Below, in pieces: positions 57,858-64,000 of a stretch of DNA of 64,000 nt. The DNA lies in NCBI GenBank assembly GCA_916438885.1, contig CAKAGG010000002.1, forward strand, positions 912,244 through 976,243, read 5' to 3'. The DNA comes from an uncultured Atopobium sp. Lineage in GTDB: Bacteria > Actinomycetota > Coriobacteriia > Coriobacteriales > Atopobiaceae. Below the pieces are notes generated by a model that was not told the origin of the DNA, made no database searches, and was given only the letters and a program-made list of their open reading frames with translations. The translations under genes and the position numbers were made by a program. Within the stretch, counting starts at the first letter, position 1. Each line of letters opens with the position of its first letter.

Positions 57858-58897
57858 TACTCGAGCATTCCCCTCTCAAACGTTGCAAGCGCAACGCGTG
57901 CGTCCCATGCAGCCAAAAATGCGGAGGTCTTCCAGGTCTGGAAGAACCATGCAGGACACGTATTGTACACTTTGAGCTGGCCGGAAGTGTAAATGCGCTC
58001 AAGCGCAATTCTTCCCTCTGCCGTCATAGCGCCATCAATGCTTGGCAGTGATGCAGACCACTTGCCCACCATGACTGGCAGACCACCAGAGGCAGACGTC
58101 TTCAAATACGCTTCGTTTTTATCAATCAGCTGCTGAACGCCACGAGGACCTGAGCAATCAATTCCCTCGCAGGGTTTATCAAGGTGTGCATCAAGCCAAA
58201 CGTTTTGATAGGCCTGCTGGCTCATAAAACGCCTAAATCCCTGAGGCCAGCCACCATCTGGAAGAATGACCACAGGCTCTTCTCCTGCCACAGATCTAAT
58301 GGTCTCATAAGCACGGCGATAATAGTTTCTAAGCGAGTGACCAGGAATACCATCTGTGAGCTTAAAGCCCTTGCGCACACGAGGCTTAACCTCATCGGCC
58401 ACCTCAATGCCATAAAAACCACTGCGGTGAGCATAGTGAAGGGCAAGCTTATGCAGAATAGAAAGGGACTTCTCCCCAGAAATTCTGGTGCGTGGAGCAC
58501 CACCTGGCTGGTCATTTAAGCCATCAGGCAGGCCTGGATTTACTGCTAGTACAAAAATAACGTGTAGACCAAGCTCTTCTGCCCATTCAAGAGCCCTATC
58601 AAGCTCAGTAATGCAGCTTACATACGGTGTACCAGCAGCTTCTTCATCAAAAACGTACCAAGGCACAGAAATTCTTACCGCATTAAAACCACGTGCGGCA
58701 ATGCTGACAAAGTCAGAACTCTGAATAAATGAAGAACGATGCGCTTTAACAAGATCGTGGTAGTCCTCAACGCCCAGCGCTTTAATGAGCTGAGCCTCAT
58801 CAACGCACCCTGTGCGTGCAAACGGCTCAGGAGTTACCCACGGTTCAAGCGTAAGCCAACCGGTTAAATTGACACCCCGCAATGCTCCGTGAGCCAT
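57857..58897 (-). CDS. Glycoside hydrolase family 5-like protein with a degenerate active site
   Basis: GVNLTGWLTLEPWVTP, GFNAVRI, LDRALEWA, WFFQTWK; GAGGTG RBS before ATG 58897. Confidence 0.82.
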   Translation of the reverse strand: MAHGALRGVNLTGWLTLEPWVTPEPFARTGCVDEAQLIKALGVEDYHDLVKAHRSSFIQSSDFVSIAARGFNAVRISVPWYVFDEEAAGTPYVSCITELDRALEWAEELGLHVIFVLAVNPGLPDGLNDQPGGAPRTRISGEKSLSILHKLALHYAHRSGFYGIEVADEVKPRVRKGFKLTDGIPGHSLRNYYRRAYETIRSVAGEEPVVILPDGGWPQGFRRFMSQQAYQNVWLDAHLDKPCEGIDCSGPRGVQQLIDKNEAYLKTSASGGLPVMVGKWSASLPSIDGAMTAEGRIALERIYTSGQLKVYNTCPAWFFQTWKTSAFLAAWDARVALATFERGMLE

Positions 58898-58990
58898 GAA
58901 ATTCCACCTCGCCAAAAGATAAAACCTCTACATACGTAGAGTATACCCATCGAGGTTATGTTGCTCACATGAGCTTCAAAAAACTACAGG

Positions 58991-59419
58991 TTACTTCATA
59001 TTTTTTGAATAAATGGCGCAATTGTTAGGTGTCTCATCAACCTCAACAGAAGATACAGGTAAGCCGTCCGCTTCAAGTTGCTCAAACAGATACTTAGCCA
59101 GATTTTCTGCTGTTGTTCTGAACGGCAAAATAGTGAGCGAGAAACCCTCTTCTTTAAGACAGGTCAGCGTCTTTTCAGAAAGAGAACCCTCCTCAATCAA
59201 AAACGTATGATCAAGGGAATCACATAGCGCGCGGACCTTGCGCTTAAAGACACCAAAGTCCATAACCATATCTTTTTCTGTACCAGACTCACCAAGCTCT
59301 GCAGTTGAAATGCAGGCAGTCACATGCCAGCGATGGCCATGCAGATTCTCACACTTGCCGTAGTAGTTGGTAAGAAAATGCGCTGAGTCAAAGGCATATT
59401 CAGTCTTAAGCGTATACAT
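58991..59419 (-). CDS. queD: 6-carboxy-5,6,7,8-tetrahydropterin synthase (PTPS family)
   Basis: FDSAHFL, CENLHGH, MVMDF, LDHTFL, TTAENLA, ETP. Confidence 0.9.
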   Translation of the reverse strand: MYTLKTEYAFDSAHFLTNYYGKCENLHGHRWHVTACISTAELGESGTEKDMVMDFGVFKRKVRALCDSLDHTFLIEEGSLSEKTLTCLKEEGFSLTILPFRTTAENLAKYLFEQLEADGLPVSSVEVDETPNNCAIYSKNMK

Positions 59420-60983
59420 TACTCGTTGTCCTTCGAGCCGCGACCGCGATCATCGCGTCCAGCTCTTCTATGTCTACGACGTGCAGCGTTTTGTGGCTGA
59501 GTGTCTCTAGATGCAGCGGTAGGCGCACCATTAGAACCAGAAGCATTCTGTGGAGCGCTCTGTGAAGCACTCTGAGCCTTCAAACCTGCCCTATCACCTG
59601 GACGACGAGTCCTCTTTGCACGGACTGGAGCCTGTGCCTCATCAGCTTTCTGTAGTGCCTGAGGAGCATCTGTCCTTCTAAAACGCTTACCCTGAGGCTG
59701 CTTCTGTGCAGGAGCTGTACCCTGCTCATTCTTCTGAGGAGCCTGAGTATGTGCAGTGCCCTCTTCTGTTGCGTGATGACGGCGGCGGGTACGACGCAGC
59801 GTATCTGTTGCAGCATCAAAAGTACTGGAACCAGGGTTGACCTGAGCATTCTTTGAAGTTCTTACACGACGGGTGCGAGAAGAACTTTGAGCGCCCTGCT
59901 CTTCTCGGGCATTTCTTGCACCAGAATTCTTAGCGTTTTCTTGCCTATTTGCAGAGCTCTGCTCAGAGCGCTCACGCTTGCGCCTTGGAGCCTCAGTAAC
60001 AAAGAGGTCTGGATTAATCTCTGGCTCTTCATCAACAATGAGGCCGTTTGCTCTATCAAGCTCTGCCAGAGCCATCTGAACCTCAACGGATTCAAGACGC
60101 TCAAGAGCAGCGCGAGAAACGCTGTCTGGCCTGCAAGAACAACCCAGGTCTTCCGACTTCTGCTGTGCTGCAGGAGAGGCATCCATATCAGCAAGAGGAA
60201 TGCGAACTACCTTGCCACTCTCAAGGCGAAGAGCAATCTCTTCTTTGGTGTGTTGTACTCAACAATTTTTGCCATGCCCAAAGGAGTCTCAATAACAGCG
60301 TTGCGCTTTGGAGCACGGTTTTTAAAGTCACGATACGCTTCAAACTCATAGCGCAAGCAGCACATTAAGCGACCACAAGCACCGGAAATCTTGGTGGAGT
60401 TCAGAGGCAAATCCTGCTCTTTTGCCATGCGAATAGAAACTGGCTCAAAAGAAAGGCCAAACCTTCTACAGCAGAGTTCTTGTCCGCAGTGACCATAACC
60501 GCCAATAACCGCTGCTTCTTCTCTGACGCCAATCTGACGCATATCAATGCGCTCGTGAAGCTCATGAGAAAGCTCACGCACAAGCTGCCTAAAGTCCACG
60601 CGATCATCAGCCGAGAAGTAACACACGACCTTCTCGCCATCAAAAAGGTATTCGACGCCAATAGGCTTCATCTCAAGTTCTTCTTGAACAGCAAACTTCC
60701 TGAATACAGGAAGCGCAGCCTCGCCCTTAGCGGCAAGCTCTTCTGCGCGAGATAGATCCTCTTCAGTTGCTACACGAACAACGTCTTTGAGCTCGGCTTT
60801 GTTTGTCTTGTACTCAAACTCCTCCTGAGAAATCTCACGAGGATCAGCTACAGCAAGACCAATCTCTAGACCGCGCTCGGTCTGACAGATAACGTGGTCA
60901 CCTTCAAGAACGCCGGATTCCTTTGGATCAAACCAAAGGTCGCGCGCGACGTATTCAAATTTCACCGGGACAACGGTGGGCAT
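59419..60983 (-). CDS. ricT: PSP1-domain protein RicT/YaaT with a long Arg-rich disordered tail (frameshift near 60240)
   Basis: RVDFRQLV, RIDMRQIG, CGQELCC, MAKEQDL, GACGRLMCCLRYE; tail encoded by ORF 59419-60186. Confidence 0.85.
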
Positions 60984-62153
60984 GTAAGTGCCTCCTTGAT
61001 ATGCAGCAGCATAACCTCAAGGGTTAGCTGGGGAGAAACAGAGCGGTCCAGGTTGTATTGAGCCTCTTGCACCGCAGCAAGAGCCCCCAAAACACCCTGG
61101 GTATGAGTTTGAGATGCCACACGGTCAATAATGCCTGCTGCATCCGTATTTACTATCTCTTCATCAACCGCTTCGCAACATAACAGTACGTCGCGAAGAA
61201 GCGATTCCAGAATTGCCAACATTTCTATGATACCCGAACGCTCGCGCGCTGTGAGTTCTCGCTTATTTGCCGCCTCGACCTGCTTTAACGCAGCGCTGGT
61301 GAGAAAGTCTTCATTTTGAGCAAGCGCCTCTTCTTGGGCACGTCTTACGTCACCAAGAGGAATTTTTGCAGCTTCTATCAGCTCTTTTGCGGAAGTGAGT
61401 ACATCCCACGAGTCATTTCTGAGCAGGTTGCCAAACATCAATGAGCTGTCTGCGAATGTTTTTGCGCGTAGAAGACTGCAAAAACTCCACAGCTCTACCA
61501 GGGGTTCCTGTTGCTGCAAGCGCAATACGAGCTTCCTGCTCTGTGGCGGAAATCTCTCGCATAATAGCGGCTTTAGCAGCAGCGTCAGTGAGTGTTCTAA
61601 ACGCAACTACCTGACAACGAGAAACAATGGTGGGAAGCACCGCAGAAGAAGAACGTGCAGACAGAATAAAGATGGTGTCTGCAGGTGGCTCCTCAATAGT
61701 TTTGAGCAGCGCATTTGCTGAGTTTTCTCTGAGCAAATCGGCGCGGTCAATCACGTAAATCTTATGAGTTGAACGCATAGGCGCCAGACTAACGTCTGCA
61801 ATAAGCTGACGAATCTGTTCAATAAGATAGCCATTTGCGGAGGCCGGAGTAAGTACGTGCACGTCAGGGTGGGTACCGCGAGAAATACGAATGCAGTCGT
61901 CACAGGCAGCGTCGCCACCTTGAGCACAGAGCACACACTGCGCTAAAGCCTTGGCCGCAAGGCCTTTACCAGAACCAGGAGCACCTACAAACAGATAGGC
62001 ATGAGCAAGCTTATGCTCATGCAGTGCACGCGCAAGCAGATTTTGAACTTGAGGTTGATCCTGAAGACGGGTAAGTGCCTGAGGAAGTGGATAGGTGTTT
62101 TGAGTAGTATGTGTGCTCTCTTGAGTCATAAACGCGTCACTCACCAAGCTCAC
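60962..62153 (-). CDS. holB: DNA polymerase III delta-prime subunit (frameshifts near 61450-61610)
   Basis: HAYLFVGAPGSGK, Cys Zn motif, HPDV, ANALLKTIEEPP, LPTIVSRCQ. Confidence 0.92.
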
Positions 62154-62796
62154 AAATACCAGGAATAAGATCAGCTAACAGCTGACGAGTACGCGCGCGT
62201 ACCTCGTCAATACTGCCATCTGCATCAACAGCTTTTACGCGCTCTGGCTCATCTTGCAGAAGCTGCTTATAACCAGCAAAAACACGCTCCTGGAAGGCAA
62301 CGCCTTCTGCTTCTAGCCTATCGGCATCATTTTGCGTAGCACGCGCATGAGCAACTGTTGGCTCGAGCATAAAAACAAGAGTTCTATCAGGAGAAACCCC
62401 ACAGCTTCCCAAGCGATTTGCACGATGAACGAGGTCTGTATCAAGACCGCGACCAGCTGCTTGATAGGCAAAGGTGGAGTCATAGAAGCGATCACACAAG
62501 ACAACTTTGCCCGCAGCTAGAGCTGGTCGGATAACCTCTCCTACCAGCTGGGCACGACTTGCTTCATAGAGTAAGAGCTCACACTCATCGCACATCATGC
62601 CGTTTTCTGGATTAAGCACCACGCCTCTAATCTGCTCAGAAATAGCAGTGCCGCCAGGCTCACGAACAAAGACCACATCAAAGCCAAGAGCTTCAAGGTC
62701 TTCTCGCAGAAGAGAAGCTTGTGTTGACTTGCCACAGCCATCAACGCCTTCAAGCGTGATAAACAAGCCTTGAGATGTACGTGCGTCTTTGTTCAT
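62137..62796 (-). CDS. tmk: Thymidylate kinase
   Basis: LEGVDGCGKSTQ, REPGGT, LCDRFYDSTFAYQ. Confidence 0.96.
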   Translation of the reverse strand: MNKDARTSQGLFITLEGVDGCGKSTQASLLREDLEALGFDVVFVREPGGTAISEQIRGVVLNPENGMMCDECELLLYEASRAQLVGEVIRPALAAGKVVLCDRFYDSTFAYQAAGRGLDTDLVHRANRLGSCGVSPDRTLVFMLEPTVAHARATQNDADRLEAEGVAFQERVFAGYKQLLQDEPERVKAVDADGSIDEVRARTRQLLADLIPGICELGE

Positions 62797-62984
62797 GCTT
62801 CCCTCCCTCTTAACTATCTCACGATACAGGCAGATTGTGTTTCTCGCCATGAATATTCTAAAGGTTTTGCGCATTTCCACATGAAAGGTGCTCAAAAATG
62901 GGTAAAAATACGTATGGAGCGGGCGTTGGAGAGGGACGCTCGTTCTTCCGAAAACGGTGCACCTCTCGATGCACCGTCATACGT

Positions 62985-64000
62985 TTACTTTTTTGCTGCC
63001 TTGGTGGATTTGGTGCTCTTAGTACTCTTACGAGCGCCTCTACGCGAGGCAGTTTTCTTTTCTTTACCAGGGCAATCGTAGTTTGGACAGAGCTTCCAAG
63101 GACCCCTCTGGGTAGTAACAACCACCATAGGAGCGCCACAATCTGGGCAGACCTCATCGGTCTTCTCGAGCTTTCCACGAGCAGGCAGAGGATAGCTGGT
63201 CTCGCACTCCTCGTAGTTGGTGCAGCGAATAAAACGCTTGCCCGTACGCTCTGACTTGTGGGCCACCAGGTCCCCGTGCTTCCCATTGGCCTTGCAGGTT
63301 GGACACTCACCCACAATAAGATCTGGCTCTGCGTTTGTAGGACAAGCTGGATTAATGCAAGTCTCATACGCGCGCTGTCTAAACGGCTGAACCTTTACGC
63401 GAGGGGCACCACACTCTGGGCAGACGCCAGCCTCTCCCTCAAGCGGCTCAACGCGTCCCTGAGGCAGTGGATAGGTGACATCGCAGTCTGGCCAACCCAT
63501 GCAGCCAACAAAGCTTCCACGAGTCTTCAGAGAGCTCTTAGCAACCAAATCTTTGCCGCACTTAGGGCAGGTTCCCACCTTTGCGTCAGCAGTGACCGCA
63601 TCAGCAATGGCCTCAGACAAGTCTTCTTTGTGGTCAATAAGCGTATCAATCATGCCTGCAAGCAAAGCTCTTGAGTGAGTTACAACACCATCACGCGTAT
63701 CTTTGCCCTCAGCAACGCTTGTCATATCGGACTCAAGCTCTGCTGTCATGTCAGGCGAGGTAATGTGTGGCGCAAACTGCGAAAGCGCATCAACAATTGC
63801 CATGCCAAGCTGACTTGGCTCAACAGGATCATTCTTAAGGTATTTACGCTGGTAGAGCGTATCAATAATGGAGGCACGCGTAGATTTTGTACCCAGACCG
63901 CGCTTCTCCATCTCTTGAATAAGCTTGCCCTGGCTATAGCGAGCAGGTGGCTCTGTCTGCTTTGCATCAAGCGACAAAGACTTAATGGAGACAATCTCTC
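62985..64000 (-). CDS. topA: DNA topoisomerase I, C-terminal part with Zn ribbons (starts outside window)
   Basis: TEPPARY, MEKRGLGTKSTR, MTAELE, multiple C4 Zn ribbons, Lys-rich tail. Confidence 0.93.
   Translation of the reverse strand, partial: EIVSIKSLSLDAKQTEPPARYSQGKLIQEMEKRGLGTKSTRASIIDTLYQRKYLKNDPVEPSQLGMAIVDALSQFAPHITSPDMTAELESDMTSVAEGKDTRDGVVTHSRALLAGMIDTLIDHKEDLSEAIADAVTADAKVGTCPKCGKDLVAKSSLKTRGSFVGCMGWPDCDVTYPLPQGRVEPLEGEAGVCPECGAPRVKVQPFRQRAYETCINPACPTNAEPDLIVGECPTCKANGKHGDLVAHKSERTGKRFIRCTNYEECETSYPLPARGKLEKTDEVCPDCGAPMVVVTTQRGPWKLCPNYDCPGKEKKTASRRGARKSTKSTKSTKAAKK

Noticed and set aside
58916..59440. preQ1 riboswitch or 7-deazaguanine DNA-modification cluster around queD
   Set aside because: queD overlaps the upstream stop with no leader, and no dpd/tgt/queC/queE genes are in the window.
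55295..62153. True pseudogenes or programmed frameshifts in metG, ricT and holB
   Set aside because: Essential genes are affected, the indels are window-wide, and no consistent slippery site or stimulator was seen; sequencing error is simpler.
1..64000. tRNA, rRNA, prophage or integrase genes
   Set aside because: None recognised by eye; the intergenic gaps are short and mostly explained by promoters and terminators.

Overview
Bacterial chromosome segment whose proteins and mid-range GC suggest a Coriobacteriia/Atopobiaceae anaerobe (Lancefieldella/Atopobium-like; inferred, not confirmed). From left to right it holds: a glycogen operon (glgC partial, glgP, glgB); a glycerol-dehydrogenase-family gene; pheS-pheT under a Phe T-box; a Zn ABC importer; a DUF3290/DUF421 pair; a GalNAc/tagatose-6-P catabolic cluster (Man-type PTS, yajC-like gene, GntR, agaS, nagA/agaA, kinase, aldolase); and ilvE, murI and an FKBP. 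An accessory block of about 17 kb (about 27.5-44.3 kb) follows, with two disabled IS30 copies, glycerate kinase, gldA, ettA, an AAA+/DUF4143 ATPase-nuclease preceded by a 4 x 23-bp repeat array, and an AraC + ECF + paired ABC (Mpt/IrtAB-like) uptake module. The right part has a Tat-signal murein hydrolase, a nucleoid-associated protein, a Bce-like ABC/two-component module split by a tandem GNAT gene, and the conserved topA-tmk-holB-ricT-rsmI-metG-rsmA-tatD block carrying queD and an apparently catalytically dead GH5. About 25 genes, including essential metG and holB, are broken by single-base frameshifts. These are most likely long-read consensus errors, so such genes are listed as joined CDSs.
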